A DNA stretch of 64,000 nucleotides from Acidobacteriota bacterium (lineage in GTDB: Bacteria; Acidobacteriota; Aminicenantia; UBA2199). This document shows, piece after piece, positions 37,634-47,794 of the stretch; position 1 is the stretch's first letter, and every line of letters begins with the position of its first letter. A program made the position numbers and the translations under genes. The stretch lies in assembly GCA_039714255.1 (NCBI GenBank), contig JBDLJQ010000003.1:9191-73190 (forward strand). Reading direction: 5' to 3'. Below the pieces are notes generated by a model, which saw only the letters and a program-made list of their open reading frames with translations, had not been told where the DNA came from and did not search any database.

Positions 37634-39490
37634 TTAATTTTCAGTATCACCGGAAACACTTACTTCATCCTCCAGCCTTAAATTATTTATAATAAATTCC
37701 TGCCGTTCCGGAGTATTTTTTCCCATATAGAATTGAAGTGTTTTTGAAACTGATCCCTCTTTGCTCATAAGAACCGGCTCAAGTTTAATATTCCTTCCAA
37801 TAAACTCTTTGAACTCATCTGGAGATATTTCGCCCAAACCTTTGAATCTTGTAACTTCAGGATTTTTTCCACATTTTTCCATGCTTTTACTTTTTTCTTC
37901 TTCAGAATAACAATAGAAGGTATATTTCTTATTTCTTACTCTGAACAAAGGCGTTTGCAGGATATATAAATGATTTTTTTTTACAACTTCCGGAAAAAAC
38001 TTCAGAAAAAAAGTTATTAAAAGCAGTCGTATGTGCATTCCATCCACATCAGCATCAGTGGCAATTATAATATTATTATATCTGAGGTCATCAATTCCAT
38101 CTTCAATATTCAGTGCAGCCTGCAGCAGGTTAAACTCTTCATTCTGATAAACAATTTTTTTATTCAATCCGAATGTATTTAAAGGCTTCCCTTTCAGGCT
38201 GAATACAGCTTGAGTCTGGACATCTCTCGATTTTGTAATAGACCCACTTGCCGAATCACCTTCCGTAATGAATATAGTTGATTCTTTCCTTCTTTCATTT
38301 TTAGAATTGAAATGGATCTTGCAATCTCTCAGCTTCCTGTTATGCAGGTTTGCTTTTTTTGCCCTCTCCCTTGCCAGTTTTTTTATTCCGGACATCGCTT
38401 TTCTTTCTTTTTCCGAGGTCTGGATCTTTGCCAGTAACAGATCTGCAACATCCTTATTTCTGTGTAAAAAATTATCCAGGGAGGTTTTTAAAAAATCACC
38501 TACATAATTTTTAATTGATATTCCACCCGGATCCATCTCTTTAGAACCTAACTTTGTTTTAGTTTGAGATTCAAATACAGGTTCTTCTATTTTTATACTG
38601 ATAGCTGCAATAATAGAGCTTCTGATATCAGCAACATCAAAGTCCCTTTTATAAAACTCTCTTACGGTTTTGATAAGCCCTTCTCTGAAAGCCTGTAAAT
38701 GAGTCCCGCCCTGGGTCGTATTCTGTCCATTTACAAACGTATAATAATCTTCCCCATAATGGTTACCATGAGTCAACGCTACTTCAATATCTTCCCCTTT
38801 CAGGTGAATTATCGGGTAAACAAGTCCATTATCAATATTTAAATTTAACAGGTCAAGAAGACCGTTCTTTGAATTAAATCTCGTTCCGTTAAATATTATA
38901 CTTAACCCTGAATTAAGATAAGTGTAATAACTGATCTGATTCTCAACAAACTCAGACATGAAATGATACTCACCGAACAACTCTTTATCAGGTGTGAAAA
39001 TGACCTCTGTGCCATTTGCTTTATCATCTGAGCCAATATCCTTATCTGAAACGATATTGCCTTTCTTATATTCTATCTCTTTTTTTTGGCCGTCCCTGAA
39101 TGAACGTATTATAAACCGTTCAGATAGTGCATTAACGGCCTTTATCCCAATCCCGTTCAGCCCTACAGATTTTTTGAAAACTTTTGAATCGTATTTTGCA
39201 CCGGTATTCATTTTGGAAGAAACATCTTTTACTTTACCCAATGGGACGCCTCTCCCATAATCTCTTACCCTGACTGACTGATCACTGATTGATACTTCGA
39301 TCTTTTTTCCAAAACCCATCATGAACTCATCAATGGAGTTATCTACGACTTCTTTAAAAAGAAGATAAATCCCATCATCCTTACATGATCCGTCACCAAG
39401 TTTTCCAACATACATTCCCGGACGCTTTCTTATATGCTCTTTCCAATTCAGTGTTTTTATACTTTTTTCAGTGTAACTATTTATACTCAA
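37634..39490 (-). CDS. parE: DNA topoisomerase IV subunit B (GyrB/ParE family)
   Basis: GHKL ATPase ([15 protein letters not shown]), transducer, and Toprim (ITEGDSASG). 618 aa. Confidence 0.85.
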   Translation of the reverse strand: MSINSYTEKSIKTLNWKEHIRKRPGMYVGKLGDGSCKDDGIYLLFKEVVDNSIDEFMMGFGKKIEVSISDQSVRVRDYGRGVPLGKVKDVSSKMNTGAKYDSKVFKKSVGLNGIGIKAVNALSERFIIRSFRDGQKKEIEYKKGNIVSDKDIGSDDKANGTEVIFTPDKELFGEYHFMSEFVENQISYYTYLNSGLSIIFNGTRFNSKNGLLDLLNLNIDNGLVYPIIHLKGEDIEVALTHGNHYGEDYYTFVNGQNTTQGGTHLQAFREGLIKTVREFYKRDFDVADIRSSIIAAISIKIEEPVFESQTKTKLGSKEMDPGGISIKNYVGDFLKTSLDNFLHRNKDVADLLLAKIQTSEKERKAMSGIKKLARERAKKANLHNRKLRDCKIHFNSKNERRKESTIFITEGDSASGSITKSRDVQTQAVFSLKGKPLNTFGLNKKIVYQNEEFNLLQAALNIEDGIDDLRYNNIIIATDADVDGMHIRLLLITFFLKFFPEVVKKNHLYILQTPLFRVRNKKYTFYCYSEEEKSKSMEKCGKNPEVTRFKGLGEISPDEFKEFIGRNIKLEPVLMSKEGSVSKTLQFYMGKNTPERQEFIINNLRLEDEVSVSGDTEN

Positions 39491-39674
39491 TTCTTTATAT
39501 CCCCTTTAAATTAGTATTAATATATATTCTATTAAATATTGAGCAACTTTTCAAGATGGACTTTTTGATCTGTTAAATATTCATGCCGGATTTTTAATTA
39601 TTTGAAATAGAAAAAATTATATAAATATTTTTTTTTAATAATTAGTTTTAATTCAAAATTTCATTCATTTTATC

Positions 39675-39703
39675 TTGACATATTTGCCTTTTTTTGCTAA
39701 TCT
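39675..39703 (+). promoter_or_regulatory. Putative sigma70 promoter of the tRNA gene
   Basis: TTGACA (39675-39680), 17-bp spacer, TAATCT (39698-39703). Predicted transcription start a few nt before the mature tRNA 5' end at 39715. Confidence 0.45.
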
Positions 39704-39714
39704 TAAAACCGAAA

Positions 39715-39787
39715 GGGTCTATAGCTCAACGGCTAGAGCCACCGGCTCATAACCGGTAGGTTCCAGGTTCGAATCCTGGTAGGCCCA
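39715..39787 (+). tRNA. tRNA-Met (anticodon CAT). Elongator-type acceptor stem; could alternatively be the lysidine-modified tRNA-Ile2.
   Basis: 73-nt cloverleaf GGGTCTATAGCTCAACGGCTAGAGCCACCGGCTCATAACCGGTAGGTTCCAGGTTCGAATCCTGGTAGGCCCA. 7-bp acceptor stem (G1-C72 paired, so not an initiator), anticodon loop CTCATAA, T-arm GGTTCGAATCC. Confidence 0.85.
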
Positions 39788-39806
39788 TTAATTTAAAGGA
39801 GTTTTT

Positions 39807-40532
39807 TTGAAAGACGGGTTAGAGTTACTATATAAACTTCAGCAACATGAAGATAACACAACTGAGATAAAGATCAGGATCAATGAAATTCCAAAAACCA
39901 TAAATAAGCTTGAAAGTGAACGGAACGGGAAAGCTCAGATCGTAAATGACTCAAAATCAAAGCTTGACGAAAGTGTAAAGAAAAGGGAAAAGTTTGAAAA
40001 AGACATATTACGAATAAAAGAAAAGATCTCCAAATATAAGGAGCAGTTAAACAAATCCACTACAAACAAAGAATATCAGGGATTTATCTCGGAAATAAAA
40101 TATGAGGAAGAATCTATCTTAACAATAGAAGAGAAGATCATAGAGGAAATGCTTGTTTCTGACGAGGTTATGGAAGAAGTAAGAGAAAGCGAATCTGAAT
40201 ATAAAAACATTGCAGATGAGTATAATAAAAAAATAGACGATCTTAATGAAAACTCGAAATATTATAATAATAAGCTTCAGGATGAAGAGAACAATAAGAG
40301 TGAGCTGAAAAAGACCATACCGGCAAATTTGATTAAAATTTATGAGAATCTTATTAAAAATAAAAATGGAAAGGCTATCTCTTATGTTGAAACAAATTTC
40401 TGTGGTACCTGTAATGTAATGATCCGTCCTCAGAGATTAAATGAACTCATTACCACCAATAGTATTTTCATTTGTGAAAATTGCGGAAGAATACTTTACA
40501 AAGAAATAAAGGAAGAAACTGAAGAGCAATAA
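39807..40532 (+). CDS. COG1579-type coiled-coil Zn-ribbon protein (putative nucleic-acid binding)
   Basis: Long coiled coil followed by a C-terminal Cys4 ribbon (CGTCNVMI...CENCG). 241 aa. Confidence 0.65.
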   Translation: MKDGLELLYKLQQHEDNTTEIKIRINEIPKTINKLESERNGKAQIVNDSKSKLDESVKKREKFEKDILRIKEKISKYKEQLNKSTTNKEYQGFISEIKYEEESILTIEEKIIEEMLVSDEVMEEVRESESEYKNIADEYNKKIDDLNENSKYYNNKLQDEENNKSELKKTIPANLIKIYENLIKNKNGKAISYVETNFCGTCNVMIRPQRLNELITTNSIFICENCGRILYKEIKEETEEQ

Positions 40533-40684
40533 TTATTCATTATTTCATTAAATTTGTTATTTCAAAATTCATATTTATTAATTAGATTACTTTATACAAA
40601 AAAAAAGATCATTTTTTTTAACAATTTCAAATAATATATTTAATTATGGTACAATAAAATTTTTATTAATTCAGGAGACAATTG

Positions 40685-41509
40685 ATGGATAAAGAAAAAC
40701 TCTTATACTTAAAAAGAACGGCTTCCCAATTAAGAAAACTAATTATAAAAATGATCTCCAGTGCAAAATCCGGCCATCCGGGAGGTTCATTATCACTGGC
40801 AGATATTGTTTCATATCTTTTTTTTCATGAGATGAATTTCAACACTGAAAATTATAAAGATGATAAAAGAGACCGTTTTATCCTTTCCAAGGGACACGCT
40901 GCACCTGTACTCTATGCTGCACTATCACTGAAAGGATTTTTTCCTCAAGAGGATCTTTCAGGCTTAAGATCTGTTGATTCTCAATTACAGGGGCACCCTC
41001 ACCGCCTTGATACACCCGGAGTAGAAGCTTCAACAGGTTCTCTTGGACAGGGACTCTCAATGGCTTCAGGAATCGCTTTGGGAAACAGAATTAGTGGGAT
41101 TGATTCCAATATTTTTGCCGTTATCGGAGATGGCGAATCACAGGAAGGCCAGATATGGGAAGCTGCATTGACTGCAGGTTTCAGAAAGTTGGATAAGTTA
41201 TGCCTCTTCCTTGACTATAATAACCAGCAGATAGATGGAAATGTTTCAGATATCAAAGATATAGCACCAATTTCCGATAAATGGAGATCATTCAAATGGA
41301 ATGTAATTGAAATAAGCGGACATGATTTTGAAGAAATAGATAATGCCGTTTCCCGGTTTAAAAATGAAACTGAGCGGCCTACAATAATAATAGCTAAAAC
41401 AATTAAAGGAAAAGGGGTGTCTTTTATGGAAAATAATCTGAAATTCCATGGTTCTGCCCCAAATGAAGAAGAAACTGAGATAGCTTTAAAGGAGCTTGAT
41501 AATGAGTAA
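40685..41509 (+). CDS. tkt: Transketolase, N-terminal (TPP-binding) subunit of a split enzyme
   Basis: TPP-binding motifs GHAAPVLYAA and GDGESQEGQIWEA. AGGAG Shine-Dalgarno 7 nt before the ATG at 40685. The ORF track starts at the TTG one codon earlier (40682). Confidence 0.88.
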   Translation: MDKEKLLYLKRTASQLRKLIIKMISSAKSGHPGGSLSLADIVSYLFFHEMNFNTENYKDDKRDRFILSKGHAAPVLYAALSLKGFFPQEDLSGLRSVDSQLQGHPHRLDTPGVEASTGSLGQGLSMASGIALGNRISGIDSNIFAVIGDGESQEGQIWEAALTAGFRKLDKLCLFLDYNNQQIDGNVSDIKDIAPISDKWRSFKWNVIEISGHDFEEIDNAVSRFKNETERPTIIIAKTIKGKGVSFMENNLKFHGSAPNEEETEIALKELDNE

Positions 41510-42434
41510 AAAAAGCCTGAGAGGTGAATATGGAAAAACCCTGCTGAAACTTGGAAAAAATAATAAAAACATTGTAGTTATGGATGCAGATCTTGCAAAA
41601 TCCACCAAGACCAATTCTTTCGGTGATGAATTTCCTTCCAGGTTCATTGATATGGGACTATCTGAACAGGATATGATATCAACTGCTGCAGGAATATCAC
41701 TTACAGGAAAAACTGTTTTTGCTTCAAGCTTTTGTGTTTTTCTTGTTGGAAGAGTATATGACCAGATCCGTCAATCTGTCTGTTATAATAATTCAAATGT
41801 AAAATTGGTTGCTACACATTCGGGGCTGGGTGTTGGTGAGGATGGTGCAACCCATCAGGCTCTGGAAGATATTGCACTTTTAAGGCCTTTACCAAATATA
41901 CGGATCATAGTACCAGCTGATTCAATTGAAACTTCACAGGTAATCGAATATGTTTCAAGTGAAAGCGGGCCATTTTATATAAGGTTGACCAGAAATGACC
42001 TTATCGATGTGCATGACGAAAATTATAAATTTATTCCCGGTAAAGCCTCCGTATTAAAAGATGGAGAGGATATAACAATTTTCGCAATCGGAGCAATGGT
42101 TGAAAAAGCCATGGTTGCTTCAAAATTACTTGAAAACATTTCTGTAAATGCTGCTGTTGTAAATCTTTCTTCAATAAAACCTCTGGATAACGAGACAGTA
42201 CTTCATTATGCAAAGAAGACAAAAAATATAATTACAATAGAAGATCATTCTGTCTTTGGAGGCCTGGGTGGAGTTGTTTCTGAATTTTTATCTCAGAATT
42301 TTCCTGTCAAAATGAAAATTATGGGTGTTAATAATTCATTCGGCAGATCAGGTACTGCCGATGCCCTTTACAAATATTTTAAACTTGATCCTGAAAATAT
42401 TGTTGTGGAAGCAAAAAAACTATTGGAAATATAG
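41496..42434 (+). CDS. tkt: Transketolase, C-terminal (pyrimidine-binding + C-terminal domain) subunit
   Basis: Transketolase pyridine-binding and C-terminal domains. Overlaps the N-terminal subunit gene by 14 nt. Confidence 0.88.
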   Translation: MIMSKKSLRGEYGKTLLKLGKNNKNIVVMDADLAKSTKTNSFGDEFPSRFIDMGLSEQDMISTAAGISLTGKTVFASSFCVFLVGRVYDQIRQSVCYNNSNVKLVATHSGLGVGEDGATHQALEDIALLRPLPNIRIIVPADSIETSQVIEYVSSESGPFYIRLTRNDLIDVHDENYKFIPGKASVLKDGEDITIFAIGAMVEKAMVASKLLENISVNAAVVNLSSIKPLDNETVLHYAKKTKNIITIEDHSVFGGLGGVVSEFLSQNFPVKMKIMGVNNSFGRSGTADALYKYFKLDPENIVVEAKKLLEI

Positions 42435-43112
42435 ATGATCGAATTTTATCATGTATTTAAGCAATATGTAAAAAATCAATATGCTATTTCAGATATTAGC
42501 CTTTCAATAGAGAAGGGTGAATTTATCTTTCTAACAGGTGCTTCAGGTGCAGGAAAATCTACTTTTTTAAAATTAATATATAAAGATGAACTACCCTCAA
42601 AGGGGCAAATTCTCATCGATTCCACTAACCTTAACCTGCTTCAGGACAAAAAACTTTACCAGTTAAGAAGAAACATCGGAATCGTCTTTCAGGACTTTAA
42701 ACTATTAACAAACAGAACAATCTATGAAAATGTAGCTATACCATTAGTAGTAAGAAATGAAAAAAAATCGATCATAAATAAAATGGTTATTAATGCTCTT
42801 ACACTGGTTGGATTAACTCATCGTAGAAATTATCTTCCTTCTCATGTATCCGGTGGAGAACAACAGAGGGTTGCAATTGCAAGAGCTATTGTTGGCAACC
42901 CTAAAATAATTATTGCAGATGAGCCTACAGGAAATCTGGATACTGAATTATCCATAAATATAATAAAGATTTTTGAAAGGATAAACGCAAACGGCATTAC
43001 TATTCTCATTGCCACACATGACAATAATCTCCTTAAACTTTTCCCAAGAAGAGTTCTCAGGCTGGATAAAGGAATGCTGATTTCAGACAGGCCCAGCGGT
43101 GGATCATCATGA
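42435..43112 (+). CDS. ftsE: Cell division ATP-binding protein FtsE
   Basis: Walker A GASGAGKST, ABC signature LSGGEQQRVAIARA, and Walker B IIIADEPTGNLD. Confidence 0.88.
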   Translation: MIEFYHVFKQYVKNQYAISDISLSIEKGEFIFLTGASGAGKSTFLKLIYKDELPSKGQILIDSTNLNLLQDKKLYQLRRNIGIVFQDFKLLTNRTIYENVAIPLVVRNEKKSIINKMVINALTLVGLTHRRNYLPSHVSGGEQQRVAIARAIVGNPKIIIADEPTGNLDTELSINIIKIFERINANGITILIATHDNNLLKLFPRRVLRLDKGMLISDRPSGGSS

Positions 43113-43999
43113 GCCTTATAATAGCTGCAATAACAAATTCAATAAAGAGTATATTCAGAAATAAGGTAATAAACTTTCTCAGTCTGGGAATAATTGCCTT
43201 TACTCTGCTCATCTTTGGAATATTCAACTATATTTCACTGAACATAGAGAGTTTTACAAATAAGTTCTCCAGAAACGTTGAGGCTATTTTTTATTTCCAT
43301 GAAAATACAGACAGGGTCCTTATAAATAAACTGATAACTAAAGTTGAAAATAATATTCTCGTAAAAAATGTAGTTTATAAGTCAGAAAACCAGAGTGAAA
43401 CAAATTTTCTTATGGAATTTCCTGAGTTAAAACATATCCTGGCAGAATTTAAGGAGTCCCCATTTCCTTCCTCAATAGAAATTGTTTTTAAAGATGAGTA
43501 TATAGGGACAAAGGTCAATTCTTTCATTTCAGAAATAGAAAAACTCAGTATAGTTGAAAGCAAACAGGTTAACCTTGACTGGGCGGAGAAGGTAAATAAA
43601 ATTTCCAGGTTTATTTCATTTATCGGTATATTTTTAAGCGGAATACTGATATTTATCTCTACTTTTATTATTTTTAATGTTATTAAAATTAATATTTATT
43701 ATAGAAAAGAGGAAATATCGATTTTTAAACTGGTTGGTGCAACAGACTGGTATATACGGATCCCTTTTATTGTAGAAGGTGTATTATTAGGTTTTTTCGG
43801 AAGTATTTTTGCATCCCTTATTCTTTTTTTTATTTTAAAGATCGCTCCGGTTTACGGGAAATCAATTATTGAACTTGCAAAAGGTGTAATAAACTTTGAT
43901 ATAATTCCATCATCTATTTTTATTAAACTTATTCTACTTGGAACATCCATCGGCCTGTTTTCTTCATTTTTTTCTATTAAAAAATTCCTTCAAAAATAG
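43109..43999 (+). CDS. ftsX: Cell division permease FtsX
   Basis: N-terminal TM, periplasmic domain, and a C-terminal 3-TM FtsX-like permease region. 4-nt overlap with ftsE. Confidence 0.85.
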   Translation: MSLIIAAITNSIKSIFRNKVINFLSLGIIAFTLLIFGIFNYISLNIESFTNKFSRNVEAIFYFHENTDRVLINKLITKVENNILVKNVVYKSENQSETNFLMEFPELKHILAEFKESPFPSSIEIVFKDEYIGTKVNSFISEIEKLSIVESKQVNLDWAEKVNKISRFISFIGIFLSGILIFISTFIIFNVIKINIYYRKEEISIFKLVGATDWYIRIPFIVEGVLLGFFGSIFASLILFFILKIAPVYGKSIIELAKGVINFDIIPSSIFIKLILLGTSIGLFSSFFSIKKFLQK

Positions 44000-44035
44000 A
44001 GAAAAAGGGATCAGGAATAAAATTAATAAATTTCC

Positions 44036-44758
44036 TTATTTTGAATTCTTGGTTACATCAATGTCCTGCTCTTCATCATAACCCACAAGTTCATCCTGGT
44101 CTTCAATATAAACTCTCCCGCCATAATCATCTTCATATGAAAGGCAACACATTAATCTTCCGCATTGTCCCGAAATCTTAAGCGGGTTAATATTGAGATT
44201 TTGTTTTTTGGCCATCTGAAGAGTTATTGGTTCTATATTCGATAAAAATGTTTTACAACACAATTGCCTGCCACATATTCCAAGCCCACCAACCATTTTC
44301 GCTTCATCCCTGATGCCAACCTGTTTCATCTCAATCCGCATTCTTATTTTTTTTGCAATATCTCTGACCAGATCCCTGAAATCGATCCTTCCCTCAGATG
44401 TAAAAAAGAATATTGCCTTCTTTTCCGCAGGAATAAATGTAACCTTTACCAGCTTTATGGGAATTTCCCTCTCTTTTATTCTTCCCTGGCAAAACCTGAA
44501 AGCACTTTCTTCCTCTCCATTCTTTTTTTTATATTCATGAAGATCTTTTTCGGTTGCAGCACGAATAATCTCGGGTATTGTTGTAACTTTTTTAATACAA
44601 CTGAATTTATCTCCAAATGATTTCATAACTTTGCCAAGTTCTTCACCTATTAAAGACTTAATCATTACAAAATCATTGGGTTTTATATTTTCATCCTTTG
44701 TTTTAAAATGAAGTATATCGTTTCTGTCCTCTATGCGAACAGTTAGAAATCTATACAT
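44036..44758 (-). CDS. PSP1 C-terminal domain protein (RicT/YaaT-like)
   Basis: PSP1 conserved region with Cys clusters (GICGRQLCC, GQCGRLMCCLSYE). Located downstream of holB, as in Bacillus holB-yaaT. Confidence 0.75.
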   Translation of the reverse strand: MYRFLTVRIEDRNDILHFKTKDENIKPNDFVMIKSLIGEELGKVMKSFGDKFSCIKKVTTIPEIIRAATEKDLHEYKKKNGEEESAFRFCQGRIKEREIPIKLVKVTFIPAEKKAIFFFTSEGRIDFRDLVRDIAKKIRMRIEMKQVGIRDEAKMVGGLGICGRQLCCKTFLSNIEPITLQMAKKQNLNINPLKISGQCGRLMCCLSYEDDYGGRVYIEDQDELVGYDEEQDIDVTKNSK

Positions 44759-44769
44759 AAAAACCCCTC

Positions 44770-45753
44770 TTAAGCATAACTGTTAATAAATTCAAGAATA
44801 AGTACTTTACTATTCAGATTTCTTTTAATATCACGTAAAATAAATTCCATTCTTCGTATCAGATAAAGTACTTTTTCAATATTAATATATTTTCCCAAAT
44901 CTTCTAATTTCTCGATATAATCAATATTTATCAAAAAATCACTATTATTATCAATTTTCAGGATCATTATATCCCTAAGCATAACAGAAATCAAATTCAG
45001 TATATCATTGAAATATTCAATGAATTTCGCTCTCGTTCTACTTTTATGTGAAAGATTAAGCAGAACATCCTCTACCTTATTTTTTTTTATCAGAGATTCA
45101 AGGATAAAAAAAACACTTTCTCTGTTCTCCATAAGAGAAAAATAATCTTCTTTAAGAATATTATCCTTCCCCGAAATACTTAAGCTTGCTAATAATTCGG
45201 ATCTTTTTTCATCAAAACCCAGTTTCGAAAGATATTGCCTGATCTCAACTTTTGAAGGTGAATAAAAAGTGAGGATCTGACATCTTGATCTGATGGTAGG
45301 GAGTAATTTTGTTAAATTTTTTGTAATAAGAATAAAAACACTTGAATCTGCAGGTTCTTCAAGAACTTTTAAAAATGAATTTGCTGAACTTTCATTCATT
45401 CTCTCAGCTTCATTTAATATATATATTTTTTTTTCACCTGTTAAAGGCCGTCTGTAATTATCCTCTATAAGGAAAGATATTTGTTCTTTCTTATAGAACT
45501 GGCCTTCGGGATACAATATCTTAAGATCAGGGAAAATATCTTTCGATATATCAACACAATTTTTGCATGAATCACAAAAATCATGGCTGGATTCTTTACA
45601 ATTTATAGCTTTTGCATATGCAATAGCAAAATCATGGATATTAGCATTGGATGGGCCAAAAAAAATCATACTTAAAGGGATGGATTCATTTTTCATATAA
45701 CTTCCAAGGATCATTTTCACCCTGCTGTTCCCTATCAGATCATTAAAACTCAT
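44770..45753 (-). CDS. holB: DNA polymerase III delta-prime subunit
   Basis: AAA+ clamp-loader fold with a degenerate P-loop (FFGPSNANIHDFA), Zn module CKESSHDFCDSCKNC, and an SRC-like TIRSRCQIL motif. Confidence 0.8.
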   Translation of the reverse strand: MSFNDLIGNSRVKMILGSYMKNESIPLSMIFFGPSNANIHDFAIAYAKAINCKESSHDFCDSCKNCVDISKDIFPDLKILYPEGQFYKKEQISFLIEDNYRRPLTGEKKIYILNEAERMNESSANSFLKVLEEPADSSVFILITKNLTKLLPTIRSRCQILTFYSPSKVEIRQYLSKLGFDEKRSELLASLSISGKDNILKEDYFSLMENRESVFFILESLIKKNKVEDVLLNLSHKSRTRAKFIEYFNDILNLISVMLRDIMILKIDNNSDFLINIDYIEKLEDLGKYINIEKVLYLIRRMEFILRDIKRNLNSKVLILEFINSYA

Positions 45754-45875
45754 TAATATTGGCCTCTCATATTTTCATAATGAATACTATCACATTTAAT
45801 TAAAAACTATAACCTTATAATTCATTATTATCGTTCAATATTGACTAACTAAACAAAAAAATATAAAATCACAAA

Positions 45876-46412
45876 ATGGAAAATAAAATCAGAAGCACAA
45901 CAGTTATTTGTGTAAGACATAAAAATAAAGTGGTAATAGGTGCAGACGGTCAGGTATCGTTACAAAATACAGTTTTAAAACATGGTGCAAAAAAGATCCG
46001 CAGGTTGTATAATGGAAAAGTCCTTGCGGGTTTTGCCGGATCAACTTCAGATGCATTTTCCCTTTTTCAGAGATTTGAGGGAAAACTCGAAGAATATAAC
46101 GGTAATATTTCAAGAGCATCTATAGAACTTTCCAAAGAGTGGAGAACAGATAAAATATTAAGAAGGCTGGAAGCCATGCTTATTGTTGCAAATGAAGAAA
46201 AAATATATATATTATCAGGTTCGGGAGATATAATTGAGCCTGATGAGGATATTTTATCCATTGGTTCGGGAGGACCCTATGCTCATTCTGCTGCATTGGC
46301 ATTAAAAAGATTCTCTGATCTGAATGCAAAAGATATTGTAGAAAAATCTTTGGATATCGCTTCTAATATCTGTATTTATACAAATAATAATTTTGCCATA
46401 GAGGAATTATAA
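45876..46412 (+). CDS. hslV: ATP-dependent protease subunit HslV
   Basis: Full-length similarity to HslV/CodW (TTVICVRH...[10 protein letters not shown]...GSGGPYA). A short N-terminal propeptide precedes the catalytic Thr. Confidence 0.9.
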   Translation: MENKIRSTTVICVRHKNKVVIGADGQVSLQNTVLKHGAKKIRRLYNGKVLAGFAGSTSDAFSLFQRFEGKLEEYNGNISRASIELSKEWRTDKILRRLEAMLIVANEEKIYILSGSGDIIEPDEDILSIGSGGPYAHSAALALKRFSDLNAKDIVEKSLDIASNICIYTNNNFAIEEL

Positions 46413-47788
46413 TGGAAGGACAATTAACAGAAAGTAAATTAAACCTTACACCAAAAGAGATAGTAAAAGAACTGGACATATATATTGTAGGTCAGAAAAA
46501 TGCAAAAAAATCTGTTGCTATAGCTCTCAGGAACAGGTTCAGGCGACAAAAATTACCTGCAGATATTGCAGAGGATATAATCCCGAAGAATATATTAATG
46601 ATCGGCCCCACAGGAGTAGGAAAAACTGAGATAGCAAGAAGACTGGCTAAGTTAACCAAGTCCCCCTTCATTAAGGTTGAAGCTTCGAAATTTACCGAAG
46701 TGGGATATGTTGGTAGAGATGTTGAATCTATAATCAGAGATCTGGTTAGAATATCAATCGACCTGGTAAAAGTCGAAAAAATGAGAACAAACAGGGAAAA
46801 AGCAAAAAACAACGCTGAAGAAAGGATACTTTCCATTCTCCTCCCACCTCCCAAAAAAGTAAAAGGCCCTGCTGCTGAATTAAATATAGAAGACAATAGT
46901 AACAATGAAACACGAGAAAAACTGAAGAAACTGTTCCGGAATGGCGATCTTAATGACAGGATGGTCGAAATTGATGTGAAATCTTCATCTTCTACCCCCT
47001 TTGAAATATTTTCTTCCTCCGGAGTTGAGGAGATAGGAATATCCATTGGTGAAATGATGCCCAATATGTTTGGAGGATCCAAACAAAAAAAAAGGAAAAT
47101 GAATGTGGGAGAAGCTTTTGAATATTTTATCAATGAAGAACAGAGCAAGTTGCTTGATATGGATGAAATATCAAAGATTGCTATACAAAGAGCTGAGCAA
47201 ATGGGAATTGTATTCCTTGATGAAATAGATAAAATTGCCGGAAGAGAGGGCAGCAGTGGCGGGCCCATGGTATCCAGGGAAGGTGTTCAACGGGACCTCT
47301 TACCTATTATTGAAGGGACAACCGTTAATACCCGCAGCGGTATGGTAAAAACTGATCACATTTTATTTATCGGTGCCGGAGCTTTTCATGTAACTAAACC
47401 TTCAGATCTTATTCCCGAATTGCAGGGAAGGTTCCCGATCAGAGTTGAACTGGATTCACTTTCCAAAGAAGATTTGTTGAAAATTCTTACTGAACCTAAA
47501 AATGCCCTTACCAAACAGTATATGGCTTTGCTGGGAACTGAAGGTATCAATATAGAGTTTACTGATGATTCTATCACTGAGATAGCCCAAATTGCAGAAA
47601 ACCTAAATTCATCTTCCGAAAATATCGGAGCCAGGCGACTTCATACAATTATTGAAAAAGTTATGGAAGACATCTCTTTTGAAGCTTCAGATGTTGGTTC
47701 GGGGAAAGTCAAAATAGACAGTAAATATGTGAAAGATAAAGTAAAAGATATCTCAGAAGATACAGACCTGAGTAAATATATTCTTTAA
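46412..47788 (+). CDS. hslU: ATP-dependent protease ATPase subunit HslU
   Basis: Walker [16 protein letters not shown], Walker [14 protein letters not shown]-domain insertion, and C-terminal sensor. Start overlaps the hslV stop. Confidence 0.92.
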   Translation: MEGQLTESKLNLTPKEIVKELDIYIVGQKNAKKSVAIALRNRFRRQKLPADIAEDIIPKNILMIGPTGVGKTEIARRLAKLTKSPFIKVEASKFTEVGYVGRDVESIIRDLVRISIDLVKVEKMRTNREKAKNNAEERILSILLPPPKKVKGPAAELNIEDNSNNETREKLKKLFRNGDLNDRMVEIDVKSSSSTPFEIFSSSGVEEIGISIGEMMPNMFGGSKQKKRKMNVGEAFEYFINEEQSKLLDMDEISKIAIQRAEQMGIVFLDEIDKIAGREGSSGGPMVSREGVQRDLLPIIEGTTVNTRSGMVKTDHILFIGAGAFHVTKPSDLIPELQGRFPIRVELDSLSKEDLLKILTEPKNALTKQYMALLGTEGINIEFTDDSITEIAQIAENLNSSSENIGARRLHTIIEKVMEDISFEASDVGSGKVKIDSKYVKDKVKDISEDTDLSKYIL

Positions 47789-47794
47789 TATATT

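Noticed and set aside
39491-39806. tRNA locus as a possible integration hotspot or genomic-island edge
   Set aside because: No integrase, no direct repeat of the tRNA 3' end, and housekeeping genes (parE/parC, tkt, ftsEX) on both sides.
40533-40684. 150-bp AT-rich region upstream of transketolase, considered as a TPP riboswitch or small RNA
   Set aside because: No GC-rich helices and no TPP-riboswitch UGAGA/pyrimidine-sensing core. Uniformly A/T-rich, so most simply a promoter region ending in a strong AGGAG Shine-Dalgarno.
45840-45868. TTGACT-17-TAAAAT promoter-like match upstream of hslV
   Set aside because: It would place the transcription start essentially on the annotated ATG (leaderless). 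Possible, but the start or promoter is ambiguous, so not reported as a feature.
46492-47268. 258-aa minus-strand ORF antisense to hslU. Similar long antisense ORFs include 10516-11040 in ileS, 26229-28411 in the RND gene, 35974-36864 in parC, and 5711-5983.
   Set aside because: Low-complexity, Ser/Ile/Phe-rich translations fully contained within well-supported genes on the opposite strand. These are typical spurious ORFs of AT-rich DNA.
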